Below are positions 1 through 15,504 of a stretch of 64,000 nucleotides of DNA, in pieces. The position numbers were made by a program, and so were the translations under genes. The DNA lies in assembly GCA_964016885.1 (NCBI GenBank), contig OZ024748.1, positions 46,376,001-46,440,000 of the forward strand, in the 5' to 3' direction. Every line of letters begins with the position of its first letter. Position 1 is the first letter of the stretch. Under the pieces are notes generated by a model. That model was not told the origin of the DNA, ran no database searches, and saw only the letters and a program-made list of their open reading frames with translations. This DNA comes from Eledone cirrhosa (lineage: Eukaryota).

Positions 1-10
1 TGCAGGCTGG

Positions 11-619
<609 letters not shown>

Positions 620-1380
620 TATACATATATGTGTATACATATATATGTAACCAACGATTTGATTACTCAATGAATATAGTTTTACAATAGATTAAAAGCA
701 CTCTAGTGTGAAGTTTTCTGGAGTTATTAATATTATTCAAAATATTAATAAATGAACACATCCACATAATCAAAATATATGTTTTATTATATATACTGGA
801 ATTGAACCATCAAGACCGTTGGGGTATGTCATACATCAATTCATGTATTTTGTCTGAGAGGACGTACTGAAGAAACAGCACAGTACCTTCGATATCATAA
901 TCTATAAAGCTCAGTGTGTGGTCATGCTCCTTTCTTATAGAAATCTACGATATAGAATTTCTTCAATTGAAATTTACAATTCAGTATTCGAAATAGCTTC
1001 GATTGCGTCTTGGCACAGATAATTTTTTCAATTTCACCCACAATTACGCAAAAAATAGATAAAACTCAATATTTTACGATTTTTCTGTCATTTAAATTGC
1101 TAAACTCTTTCCACTACCATTCAAAATCTATACAACTTCATACTTTCTGCTACTTTCTCTTTCCAAGCTTGATGGTGATACTGTCCGTTTTACTCTCTCA
1201 TATCATCTGCTTCTTATTACATTTCATACGAAACGACAATTATTCAAAAGCAACAGATACATTTATTCAACAACAAGCGATAAATCTTTTTTAAAACCTC
1301 TTTTCCAAACGCATACAAACAAACACTCACTTCAACAACAACAACAACAATCTGCCTTTTATAGATAATGATAAACAATA

Positions 1381-1652
1381 ATATCCTCTATGAGGTCACT
1401 AAACCTGCTAGAAACAGCAGCTAACTCTCCCCCATATCACACCCCTCCCTACTGTCTTAAATTTAGAAAACATATCTTCTATGAGGTCACTAAACCTGCT
1501 AGAAACAGCAGCTAACTCTCCCCCATAACACACCACTCCCTACTGTCTTAAATTTAGAAAAGACATATCCTCTATGAGGTCACTAAACCTGCTAGAAACA
1601 ACAGCTAACTCTCCCTCATATCACAACCCTCCCTACTGACTTAAATTTAGAA
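1381..1652. repeat. Tandem repeat, ~92-bp unit x3
   Basis: atatcctctatgaggtcactaaacctgctagaaac recurs at 1381, 1472, 1565. Confidence 0.9.
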
Positions 1653-2060
1653 AACACAGACAACCATGCAGAACAACTCCATCGCAGCTCTGTTGTTCGG
1701 CTAGCATCGTCTACGCGCGTGTTGCGCAAGTACTGTGAAACAATAAATTTCAACACTTTTTTGCACAGAGATAATATCCATAGGCGAAACTACAATTGTC
1801 ACTGCTGGCGCAGCTCCTGCTTCCAGGTCTGCAATTCATTCACCCAAAATTTCATTCACCCAATTCATTCACCCAATTCATTCAGACAAAAAAGTGTTGC
1901 CATAAAATGGGTGGTGCAACCTAACTTTGGTAACTTAATGACCCCGAGCAACGCCGGGCTTTAATGCTAGTATATATATAATAAAACATATTTTGAGTAT
2001 GTGAATGTAATCATTTATTAATATTTTGATATTTTGAGTAATATATATATATATATATAT

Positions 2061-2391
2061 ATTAAAGAGTTAAACAAAATTCAATGAGTATATCAAAAAT
2101 TAGTTTTACAGTAGATTGGAAGCACTCTACGGGAAATAATTTTCCAGAGTTATTAATATTAAAATACAAATATTAATAAAATAGATGTTCTTTTGATCAA
2201 TTACATTTTATTATACATATTTCGGATGTACAACAGTACGTCCTCATCAGACAAAATAGAATGATACATCACATACCCTGAGAAGTTAAATGGTTAAGAT
2301 TTAATCAAGGTAGTCACTACCTTGATTAAATCTTAACCATTTAATATCTCAGGGTATGTCATGTATCATTATATTTTGTCTGATGAGGACG
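2061..2391 (-). mobile_element. Family B PLE terminus with hammerhead (2206-2256, -) and partial fold-back centred ~2314
   Basis: Revcomp ttttgt-CTGATGA-ggacgtac(tgtt)gtacatcc-GAAA-tatgta-TA-ataaaa; same sequence ends the PLE at 30050-30294. Confidence 0.8.
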
Positions 2392-2582
2392 ATACTGGAT
2401 GCACTTCGGAAGAACTGGCAAACGCTATGAGAGACAGAGATGGATGGAGGAAACGTGTCGTAGAAAGCCGAGCAAGCTCGACCTGATGATGATATATATA
2501 TACATATACGTTTATAATATATATACATATACATATATATACATATACAGATATACATATATGCATATATAAATACATATAC

Positions 2583-2671
<89 letters not shown>

Positions 2672-2692
2672 CACATATATATATACATACAG

Positions 2693-2723
<31 letters not shown>

Positions 2724-2826
2724 CATATATATATACACATATATATATACATATACATATAAATATACATATATACATATACATATATATATACATATAC
2801 ACATATACAAATATATATATACACAT

Positions 2827-2860
<34 letters not shown>

Positions 2861-2933
2861 ATATGCATATATATATCTAGGTATATATGCATATATATAT
2901 ATATAGGCATAATTATGTATATGTATATATATA

Positions 2934-3027
<94 letters not shown>

Positions 3028-3626
3028 CATATATATATATATATATATACATACATATACAGTACATAGCATACCAAGACATCCAGAGACGATACGAATA
3101 TCTCCAGCAATACACAATACTCATCTTAACAATAGACAATGTAGTTATCTGTTGTAAACATATGGGTGTGTATATTAGATAGGACATAGTATACATTGTC
3201 ACTCATGAAAAGAAAATCACTGAACCGTAGAATTACAGGCAAAGTATGGTTACTTAACAACCGAAACTGTTATGTTTTTTTTTTTATGTTAGCATGTCAG
3301 AAACGTACGCACGTGCACACACATCAGCGGAAGAACCTATACACTATTTTGAAATGCTCTTAATGATTTGCTTTGGATTTCAATGCCTGCAAACCAAAGC
3401 GCTTTTCACTTTTGAAATTAAAATTGAAACGGAAGTTAAAGAAAGTAAGATATAATCGAATTTATATATATATATATATATATGAAAAGTGTAATTTTCT
3501 ACACAAAACGAAGGTTATAGAGAAAATTGAGGTTGGTAATGGCACATGGAATATATAAGAGACAGAATACTTTTTTGTGAAAAAACATAATTTTATAAGG
3601 TAAGGAAATAATAAAGGGTATAAAAA

Positions 3627-3668
3627 ATGACCGGTTTCGATGGGTCTGCAAAAGCCATCTTTTCAAAT
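3627..3668 (-). ncRNA. Hammerhead-like motif with U3-A8 core
   Basis: Revcomp at-TTGAAAA-gatgg...ccatc-GAAA-ccgg-TC-at; stem I weak. Confidence 0.5.
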
Positions 3669-4051
3669 GTTGATTAATATTAAGAAAAATTAATAATACG
3701 AAGAGTTAAAATTTGAGACTTGAAAATTCAAGTATAAAATTCATTGTGGGATTTCATAGCAGTTTTCATCTTGGTAGCAACAACAGGTTGACTGCTGTGT
3801 CCCTTTCTGGTAGTGAATGAGAAGTTATTTGGGGTGTGGGTTATTTTATAAAGGTCAGATTTAGCAATAGCCAGCTGCTGGTCAGTGAGGGGGTGGAAGC
3901 AATATACACACACATACCTTCATCCACACATACATACACATACATATACATATATATATATATACATATATATATACATATACACACATACATACACACA
4001 CACATACATATACATACACACATACACACACACACACATATATATACACAT

Positions 4052-4114
<63 letters not shown>

Positions 4115-4145
4115 TATATATACATACACATACATCCAGATACAC

Positions 4146-4258
<113 letters not shown>

Positions 4259-4395
4259 CATACACACATACAAACATACACACACACACACACACATATA
4301 TATATACACACATACACACACATATATATACACACACACACACACACACATGCATATATATATATATATACACATACGCATACATCCAGATACCC

Positions 4396-4434
<39 letters not shown>

Positions 4435-4465
4435 CAATACATACATCCACATGCACACACATACC

Positions 4466-4527
<62 letters not shown>

Positions 4528-4689
4528 TGTATTTATGTAGTAAGTAGGTATATACACTCACACACACACACACACATACATACATATATATATATAGGAA
4601 CGATCGACTTTCGTCAAATCGGACCGAGGAAAAAATGTTTCCGTTGGTCTTTCCAATTGCTAATACTATCTATCGGTCGCAACTCCAGG

Positions 4690-4813
4690 TAGAAGGAGCA
4701 ATATGAAATAAAGTGTCTTGCTCAAGGACATAACGCATTGCCTGGTCCAGGAATCGAACTCACAACCTCATGATTGCGAATCTAATTCTCTAACCACTCT
4801 GCCACACGCCTTC
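4690..4813 (-). mobile_element. tRNA-derived CORE-type SINE (related copies ~31240-31360 -, 35553-35670 +, 45120-45220 -)
   Basis: Revcomp A box gtggcagagtggtta, B box gagttcgattcc, then gtccttgagcaagacacttta. Confidence 0.7.
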
Positions 4814-4834
4814 GCAATACACACACACACACGC

Positions 4835-4880
<46 letters not shown>

Positions 4881-4886
4881 TATTAT

Positions 4887-5710
<824 letters not shown>

Positions 5711-5751
5711 TATGTACACACATACACACACACACATATATATATATATAT

Positions 5752-5966
5752 GAAAACTAGGTAGTAGCATGTGTTTGACTAAATAGAATTAGTCTGTTAG
5801 TTTTAAAAACTCACTGAATGGAAAAAAAAAATGTTGCCGGACACGGGAAACGAACACACGTCTTAGGTTTGCCGGTCTATTCAGAGGGTTTTCTTTAAAT
5901 CCCACCTAACAGACTAATTCTATTTAGTCAAATACGGCGTAAGCACACGTTACTACCTAATTTTCA
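5752..5966. repeat. Short inverted-repeat element with tRNA-3'-like core
   Basis: tttgactaaatagaattagtctgttag ... ctaacagactaattctatttagtcaaa. Confidence 0.6.
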
Positions 5967-5987
5967 AAAGTTCGCTAGCCTGGCGCT

Positions 5988-6125
5988 TTATTTTATCGAC
6001 CCCGTAAGGATGAAAGGCAAAGTTAACCTCGGCGGAATTTAAACTCAGAACGTAAACGACCATAACTCTATGCTGCAAAGCATGGCGTCTGATACTCTAC
6101 AGATAGTGCCAATCCACTGCCCTTA
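5988..6125 (-). mobile_element. tRNA-derived SINE, abundant family (others: 8755-8930 -, 9505-9627 +, 14895-15060 +, 33045-33190 +, 44786-44905 +, 53975-54092 +, 63186-63355 +)
   Basis: Shared gagttcaaatcccgccgaggttaactttgcctttcatccttacggggtcgataaaataaagtacc core, B box, (att)n tail. Confidence 0.8.
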
Positions 6126-6162
6126 GCACAAAAACTATATACATTATATACCGTTATATATA

Positions 6163-6330
6163 TAAAACGAAGTGGTAAGGAACCAGATGGACCATAACGC
6201 ACCAGAGTACTCAATACCTAGGGTAGTAGACTGGGTAATAGGAAAAAGTTTAACCCCGACGGCAGAGCTCAAGCCGTTTCACGGCTATTTCTGGACTATT
6301 TTAGTCCAGAAATAGCCGTCGAAATAGCTT
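6163..6330 (-). mobile_element. Family E short fold-back element (others 15298-15478, 26866-26998, 43889-44087, 46858-46972, 48464-48672, 50241-50985, 55464-55636, 63743-63929)
   Basis: Recurrent gtggtaaggaaccag..ggaccataacgcacc..gtactcaatacttagggtagtagagtggg; half-hammerhead GAAAcggct..agccGTC. Confidence 0.8.
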
Positions 6331-6790
6331 CCTTTCAAAGTATTATCCAATCATGCGCCGTTTTGGCTGTATTAAATTAAACAAACACACAATCACAGAG
6401 TTTTAGTAGTTAGTAGATTGTTATGTAAAACATTTTGAAAAAAATTCGTGGAGGACCTTGTGTGGTGAACTTATAAATGTACGATTATGAGAATTATGGT
6501 GATTAGACATTGAAAAAAACTTGTAAGCAAATTATGATAAATAGATTTTATCTTTGGGTGTGGTTTATTAATAGTGATATAAATGTATTTATATATGTAT
6601 ATATTATCTTTTGTCTGTGTTGATAGCTAAATGGTTATTGTTACTAAGTATGGAAAAGATAAGGTTTATCTTGATAAGAGCATACAATTTGTGGCTTTTA
6701 TTGCTTCTATTTAATTAGTGAGACACGGGCCATATCAGATATAGGTCAAGGGCTGGTCAACTAGTAGTTTATATATTGTATACATGTGTC

Positions 6791-7100
6791 ATACGAGGGT
6801 AGGCTGAAAAATTCATAGACTGGCTATGAAGGAGTAATGCTAGAGCTGTGAAATCTTGCAGGCATTAATTTCAACTCTTCTTATTAATAACTACATTGTT
6901 TCTTTTCAGTGCATTATACGAGGGTGGACTTAAAGATTCATACGCTGTTTATGAAGGAGTGATGCTAGAGCTGTGATATCTTGCATGCATTGATTTCAAC
7001 TCTTCGTATTAATAACTGTATTGCCTCTGTCCAGGGAGTATGTTTAAAAATAAACTTCATTTGGTCATCCCATGAGAGTATCTTGGTCAGCCATATTATA
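6791..7100. mobile_element. Mariner-like MITE remnant with internal ~125-bp duplication
   Basis: tacgaggg starts at ~6792 and ~6918 with duplicated downstream sequence. Confidence 0.5.
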
Positions 7101-7104
7101 TATA

Positions 7105-7178
<74 letters not shown>

Positions 7179-7181
<3 letters not shown>

Positions 7182-7840
7182 AACGTCTTTCATATAATTG
7201 TTCTGCATCCTCCTGCATTGAACCACCTGGGTACTATGACATAACTTATGTATTTGCTAGCATTAGTGTACATATGTACGCATATGTTGGTAGATATACT
7301 AATTCTCTATATTCATCTCCAAATTATTTATTTGTTGAGCAAACCTGCCAAATCCACTACTAATTCATTGGTGTGGTAGTAGGCTTTTGTCATCTTACCA
7401 CTCCACTTCTTCCGACTATCTCAGTGTCACGTGATTGATTCTTTAGAATCTGCCATTTGACCAGAGACAGTGAACTTTTTCAGTGCATGGAGTTCAGTCC
7501 CCGCTAGCTGTTCCTTCCACCGAATTATTATTTTTATATGAGTCCCTAGTGTCCGCGCATTGCCTGGAGACTTAGCTGAGAATAGACTCCCTGATGACGT
7601 AATGAATTCTCGATGGTTACATTACATAACCATCTTTATCCCATTACAGAAACTAATTAGTTGGAGTGAAAATTTTAGTAAGTTAATTTTTAATTTTTTA
7701 AAATTTTCTTATTTTACGTCTTTCATATAATTGTTCTGCATCCTCCTGCATTGAACCACCTAGGTACTATGACATAACTTATGTATTTGCTAGCATTAGT
7801 GTACATATGTACGCATATGTTGGTAGATATACTAATTCTC
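7179..7840 (+). mobile_element. Non-coding retrozyme-like element (family Q): ~125-bp direct terminal repeats, internal hammerhead
   Basis: 7183-7308 repeated at 7716-7840; HHR 7586-7667; flanked by microsatellites. Confidence 0.75.
7586..7667 (+). ncRNA. Type I hammerhead ribozyme
   Basis: actcc-CTGATGA-cgtaatg...cattaca-GAAA-ctaattag-TT-ggagt. Confidence 0.75.
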
Positions 7841-7899
7841 TCTCTCTCTCTATATATACATATATCCATTTATACATATATACATTTATATATAGATAC

Positions 7900-7962
<63 letters not shown>

Positions 7963-8643
7963 TACATATATACATTTGTATATATATATACACACACACA
8001 CATATATACATATATATATCCATAGACACACACATATATATATATATATATATGCATATATATATATGTATACATATATATACACATACATATATATATA
8101 TATATAAATGCACATATACATATATACGCATATATATGTGTATATGCATATATATATATATATATATATGTATATATGCATATATATATATGCACATATA
8201 TATATATACATATACATACATTTATATATATATGTACGTATATATTTATATGTATATATATGTATATTTGTGAGTGCGTGTGTGCATGTGTGTACGAGTT
8301 TGTATTCGTGCATATGTTCGCATGTGAGGTATTCATGCTTCTATGTACGTATGTGCGTGTGTGTGTGTGTGTGAATGGCCTTGTTTGTGTGTGTGTTTAT
8401 GTGCCTGTTTGTATGTGTATATCAGGATTTCTTATTCGAAACATGTGATCGAATAATAGTTTACATTTAAAGTTTTATGAGGTTAAGTAACTGAGTCTCG
8501 GTTATATAAATGATAACATCTGAGATAACAAATTTTAGTCGCTTCAGTGATAAGTAATCGCATCCAGTAATACTATTTAAGATTGTTGAAGTATATCTAA
8601 AGAGGGATTTCTAGAACCTTCTCAGCTCTGGTATAATCTATAT

Positions 8644-9445
8644 CAGCGGTCGCCAACTTTTCCGACCTCACGGACCACGAAATTCATAGTTTTAAATCAC
8701 GCGGACCACTAATATGATTTTTGTTTTAAAAAAATAAATACATCTGTAAAATAAGTGTTTCTACTTTTGGCACAAGGCCAGCAATTATCTTAGTTTATTA
8801 CTGGTACTTTATTTTATCGACCACGTAAGGATGAAAGGGAAAGTTAACCTCGGCGGGATATGAACTCAGACCGTAAAGGGGCGTGACTCTATGCTGCAAA
8901 GCATGGCGCCCGACCCTCTACCGATACTGCCAAATGATCAGAGAACTTCCATCTTATTAAACAATACTGAAGTCTACATATGTCATATTGTCGATAGATG
9001 ATACATATGTGTAATGTAAAATAATGATCAGAGAACTTCCATCTTATTAAACAATACTGAAGAGTACATATGTCATATTGTCGATAGATGATACGTATGT
9101 GTAAATTTCTTTCATAGATGTTAGTTCTTTATTGAGGAGAAACATTTTTTGGTGGTGGTGGTGGGGGGGGGGGGGGGGGGGTTATAAAAAATAATTTTAA
9201 CTAAATATTATTTTTGTAACATAATTAATAAAATGTAAAAATTGCAAATAATGTCCAAATTTTCCCGCAGACCATCAACATTTTCTCTCGGACCACCAGT
9301 GGTCTCTCGGATCACCAGTGGTCTCTCGGACCACCAGTGGTCTCTCGGATCACCATTGGTTTCTCGGATCACCAGTGGTCTCTCGGACAACCAGTGGTCT
9401 CTCGGACAACCAGTGGTCTCTCGGACCACCGTTTGGAGACCACTG
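8644..9445. mobile_element. hAT-type MITE with nested SINE, ~90-bp duplication and 19-20-bp subterminal tandem repeat (9290-9430)
   Basis: TIRs cagcggtcgccaac / gtttggagaccactg; 8-bp TSD atctatat/atctgtat. Confidence 0.8.
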
Positions 9446-9634
9446 ATCTGTATCACCTTTCATTAGGTGAAAGTAAAGTTGTTACTATCATCATTATTAT
9501 GTTCCGAGTTCAAATCCCGCCGAGGTTAACTTCGCCTTTCATCCTTACGGGGTCTATAAAATAAAGTACCAGTAATGCAGTGCGGTTGATTACTGGCTTT
9601 GTGCCAAAAGTAAAAACAATTATTATGTTCCTGC

Positions 9635-9965
9635 ACTGGCGCAGCAAGTCGTTGGAGTACCAACCTGATGCTTTTGCAGTCAGACCTCGCAGGATTTTCT
9701 GCCTGACTTTTCGTCGCCCTTTCTCGACTGTTCCCTGAAGAATAGTTTTAGACAAGGAGTTGTGGCTGGACATACGATCGTACCAGGCAAACTTCTGTCT
9801 TTTCAACATCGGAACGAATGGTTCCTGCCTGCAAGTAAATTTGTAAGTTTGCTACCTGATAAAGCTGTTTGTTTTGTGCTTCGTTTATGGGATGTAGTGT
9901 TGTTACGATACAACGATGAATTGGCCAAGTCGTCTGAGAGTTAGAGTAAAAGCTACGTATTTTTA
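9635..9965 (-). pseudogene. RTE-clade LINE ORF2 C-terminal fragment
   Basis: KRQKFAWY..NSLSKTILQGTVEKGRRK resembles the RTE/BovB C-terminus. Confidence 0.7.
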
Positions 9966-10043
9966 TCCTACTCACAACACCCTCAACTGAAATCCCAACC
10001 AGAAAGTCTTACCCCTATTCAATCCTCCGGTGCCAATTAAGTA

Positions 10044-10099
<56 letters not shown>

Positions 10100-10103
<4 letters not shown>

Positions 10104-10530
10104 GATAAATCTACCAAGAGTTTACGGTAGTGTCCAATCTGTATGAAGAACTCAATGTAATCCGGATATCATGGAAAGAAGAGATGCAATGAAAAATCAC
10201 TTTCGATGAAAGATAAACGGAATACAGAGTCAAGATAAAATATTAAAAAAATAATGAATAAAACAATGAAACAGTTCCTTATATTAAACAAAAAAAGTTC
10301 ATTATTTAACGATCGTTTCTAGGATATATATGTGTTAGAATTGGCATGCATATTCAACAGATCTATGTACAAAATTATACAAAATTATACAAACTATGAT
10401 AGTTTGTATAATTTTGTATAATTTTGTACATAGATCTGTTGAATATGCATGCCAATTCTAACACATATATATCCTAGAAACGATCGTTAAATAATGAACT
10501 TTTTTTGTTTAATATAAGGAACTGTTTCAT

Positions 10531-10538
<8 letters not shown>
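10100..10538. mobile_element. Family J asymmetric fold-back element (arms ~10258-10397 / 10399-10538)
   Basis: ~140-bp inverted repeat; GAAAcgatcgT palindromic stem-III-like motif; bulged hairpin 10148-10230 (-). Confidence 0.7.
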
Positions 10539-10559
<21 letters not shown>

Positions 10560-10564
<5 letters not shown>

Positions 10565-10852
10565 GTAAACGGAATAGAAAATGCTGACAAATTGTTCACA
10601 GTGAAAAATAGTTTAATTAGGAATAAGTGATAATTAGTAATAGTATTGGTTAGTACTAATCTGATTAGAGCAAACATCACGGGCGCTCTATCTCAAAATT
10701 ATTTCTGAAAAACATTAGAAATGCGCAACCGGTAAAACTTAAAACCAAAAGTGAATACTAACCAATACTATTACTAATTATCACTTATTCCTAATTAAAC
10801 TATTTTTCACTGTGAACAATTTGTCAGCATTTTCTATTCCGTTTACCAATAT
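10560..10852. mobile_element. Family F inverted-repeat element (others 49652-49850, 54394-54581)
   Basis: ~95-bp inverted arms attggtaaacggaatagaaaatgctgac.../...ccgtttaccaat in (TA)n. Confidence 0.7.
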
Positions 10853-10879
10853 ATCATAACTTGTGTGTTACACCTCTAT

Positions 10880-10962
<83 letters not shown>

Positions 10963-11071
10963 AGTTTATCCGGGGTTCAAACCCAACAACTAATGACCTC
11001 CACCCATCCCAATCACCACCCTCTCCTACCACCAGAAAATATATAAATACCACCATATTACTTGTACAGTC

Positions 11072-11122
11072 GGCTTCCTGATGATTTCTCCCGAATGAAA
11101 CAGTTCTAGTCCTGTATAAGCC
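11072..11122 (+). ncRNA. Family H hammerhead (others 25853-25900, 51986-52038; decayed 43530-43740, 62851-62930)
   Basis: ggcttc-CTGATGA-tttc..gaat-GAAA-cag(ttctagtc)ctg-TA-taagcc. Confidence 0.7.
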
Positions 11123-11280
11123 CTTTCTATATTAAATATAGTTCTAAAGGACTAGAACTGTTTCATAGGAAAATAATCAGGACCCTGACGGCTGAGCTCC
11201 TATTACACACTCTACTACACAGTATCGAGTACTTTGGTTTGGTGCGTTATGGTCCACCTGGTTACTTACCACACTTCCTT

Positions 11281-11437
<157 letters not shown>

Positions 11438-12351
11438 TGTGTGCGTGTGTGTGTGCGCGTCCTGTTGGCTGCTAAATTATCTACAGTTCTCGTTAGTGTG
11501 ACATGTGAGGAGACAAGACATACATTACGTATGGAAGAAGTAGTAGTTGTAGTAGAAGATGTAGTAGAAGTAGCAGCAAGTAATAGTAGCAGTAGTGGAA
11601 TTAGTAAGAGTAGTATCATCACATTATATCAAGTTTCATGGCGGGGACGCAATCAAGAGATTGCGTAAGAACAAGAAATCCTTTTAAAATGTTTTTTCAT
11701 ACGATTACATATATAAAGAGACTAACTATATATAGTTGTATGTGGAAGTTAGAATAGAAAACCAACCACACGATGTCTTATATAGTCGGATGCTAAGATA
11801 TAATTGGGATATGTATTCACTATACAGCAGTGGCGTGCAGTAGGCACCCCGCAGGCCACACCACGATCCGGCTCCCCAGACCAGTCAGAGTGGCCTACGA
11901 TGACTGTTTTTAATTTTTACCTTGTAGTCTTGTTTAGAATCTGTTCGTAACCGCAACACAATTTTCTGTTAACTGATACGGTTATGTGTGTTATAATTTC
12001 TCAGTTCCATGTTATGGAAAGAAGTTGGGGTGAATTCTTGGAATAGTGCTTAATAAATATTAATGGCCCTAATAGTTCAAAATGTTCAAAAGTCCAATGT
12101 TCAAAAGTCACCCGCCAATGGAATATGATGCACACTCCTGAAAAATATATCCTTTATAGTATACAGGATATATTTTTCTGTCTACCACCAAGGAAATATA
12201 ATAAAAAGCACCTATAATGGAGTTACTTAACAGATAATATCTGATTTTGTCACTCCACAATTGATGAAATATTCTAGTCTCATTGAAACGACCGTATAAA
12301 TAAATATTAATTATAATAATCCTCGGTATTATTGAATTTTGAATTATAAAT

Positions 12352-12521
12352 GTACCCTATTTCCTGGCGCCCAAGACGCTTCGTCCTCGAAGAGACGCCC
12401 TAATTTTGACAACCAAAAATTTGAACAAAAATAATAAACAACCTTCGGCCTCCAGTACGCATGGATTTTTGAGACTTATTTCAGGAAAAATGTAGCGTCT
12501 TCGACGCCGGGAAATGCGGTA
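12352..12521. mobile_element. pogo/Tc1-like MITE
   Basis: TIRs taccctatttcctggcgcccaagacgc / gcgtcttcgacgccgggaaatgcggta. Confidence 0.6.
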
Positions 12522-13151
12522 TATGTTAATTTATTCACAGCAAGGAAGTCAATAATGTCACTAAATTGAAATGAAGAGGACAAGACAGAATGTTGGTAAT
12601 TGAAGGAAGAAGATGATGAGGATTGCTGTCGTGTTTGGGGTTTCTGAAAACTGAAGTGATCAGGAAAGCAAGAAGCAGGATGAGAATTCTTTAGAGGAGA
12701 TGTGCAAGGGAAGAAACTATCAGAATAGAATTTGTAATTATGCACACATGCACACGGCAAGCACAGCACCCCCCCCCCACACACATAGTAAAAGAATGAA
12801 GAATAACATGGTCGGCTGTACAATAGAGTTTAGTGAAAGTATTAACAATTGTTTCATTAATCCGGTGTGTCTAAAGTCGCTGTTCGTTACAGGTTACGCC
12901 GAATGTTTAAGCTAGCCTCGACACAGAGTACTCATAACCTCTAGCTCGATTACCTTAAACAATATCCTGTTATCTTACACACACACGTGTGTGTGTGTGT
13001 GTGTGTGTATAATCTCGTAGAAGCGCCTGAAGATTAGGTGACAATTGTGATTCCTCTGAATTTCTGGAGATATGGTCAATATTGAGCCTTGACACCTTAG
13101 GTAATGCTCTAGTTCTGTATATGAACATAAATAAATAATATATACATATAC

Positions 13152-13203
<52 letters not shown>

Positions 13204-13312
13204 GAGAGAGAGAGGGAGAGAGAGGGAGAGAGAGAGAGAGGGGGGCAGAGAGAGAGAGAGAGGGGGAGCGAAAGAGAGAGAGAAAGAAAGAGAGTGTGTG
13301 TGTTTGTGAGAG

Positions 13313-13851
<539 letters not shown>

Positions 13852-13861
13852 CACACACACG

Positions 13862-13905
<44 letters not shown>

Positions 13906-13968
13906 AAGTGTTTGTGAGTGAGAGATAGATAGATAGATAGTTAGAGATAGAGAGAGAGTGTGGTGATA

Positions 13969-14049
<81 letters not shown>

Positions 14050-14052
<3 letters not shown>

Positions 14053-14468
14053 GGAGGTGAGTTTTATTGTAGTACAATAAAGCAATGCAGATATCGGATA
14101 AGAAGCACTCTACAGTTTGTAGGACTGGAGTATACATAATATAAGATCAAAAGATGGTTAAAGGAGTTCCATGTATTTTATTATGCGCATTTCAAAAACA
14201 AACATCATCATGCAATAATATTTGTGTTTTCATCAGATAAAACAGGAGAACATGATATGAAGGTTAAAAAACACTTGTGGATAGTGCAGTTTTAAATCAA
14301 CATATATTGATTTAAAACTGCACTATCCACAAGTGTTTTTTAGCCTTCATATCATGTTCTCCTGTTTTATCTGATGAAAACACAAATATTATTGCATGAT
14401 GATGTTTGTTTTTGAAATGCGCATAATAAAATACATGGAACTCCTTTAACCATCTTTTGATCTTATAT

Positions 14469-14476
<8 letters not shown>
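14050..14476 (-). mobile_element. Family C fold-back element; HHR on both arms (+ 14363-14433); second copy 49149-49566
   Basis: Arms 14131-14300 / 14307-14476; ttttat-CTGATGA-aaacacaaatatt..gatgtttgttttt-GAAA-tgcgca-TA-ataaaa. Confidence 0.85.
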
Positions 14477-14535
<59 letters not shown>

Positions 14536-15061
14536 TTGAGGGGAGATAGATATATGTATATATGTTACTGTCTATTTATCATATCAAGTTCAAAACATTG
14601 TCAACTGCAGTTGTAACAACCGCAGTTGACAATGTATCAAACTTGATTTATGTTAACGTATATTTAAAGAAAAAAAAAAACAACAACAAAAAAAAAAACT
14701 ATTATCGGATTCTTTAAGAAGTATACAATTTCTCTTTAATGTATGCCGCGTGTTTGTCAAGCTTCGATTTACCTGACGTCATGTTCTACTTAGGAAATAG
14801 ACGACAATGATAATATCGGAAAATATTTCCTACTTTAAACGAACAATTAACAAAAAAAAAAATCATAACTTTTGACTATATATTTATCTATTGGTGGACT
14901 GGCAGTATCGGTAGAGCGTCAGACGCCATGCTTTGGCGGTCTGAGTTCAAATCCTGCCTAGGTTACCTTTGCCTTTCATCCTGTCGGGGTCGATAAAATA
15001 AAGCACCAGTAATGCACTGGGTAATTGCTAGCCTTGTGCCAACAGGAAAAGACAATTATTT

Positions 15062-15118
<57 letters not shown>

Positions 15119-15262
15119 TTCAGTGTGGTCTACCTCTGGTGGTAGGGTCCGTACCGTAGGTAGTACTCAATATGTTAATATGATCAACCCTCCGAAACGA
15201 TCGTAAAATAGTGATATGAATAGGTAAAATAACTTGACTTTATTTTCATTGTTAATTTAATA

Positions 15263-15299
<37 letters not shown>

Positions 15300-15471
15300 G
15301 AAAAGGGTCAGGACTCTGACGGGTGAGCTCCGTCCGTTTCGACAGTAGATATGAAACGATCAGAGTTCAGCCGTCGTGTTCCTGACTCTTTTCCTATTAC
15401 CCACTCTACTACCCTAAGTATTGAATACTCTGGTTCGTTATGGTCCACCTGATATCTCACCACACCCTCTT

Positions 15472-15504
<33 letters not shown>

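Noticed and set aside
1381-1652. Hammerhead in the 92-bp tandem unit (ctatga..gaaac)
   Set aside because: Core lacks CUGA and stems I/III do not form
9290-9430. CRISPR-like short repeats
   Set aside because: Head-to-tail 19-20-bp units without unique spacers, inside a hAT MITE in eukaryotic DNA
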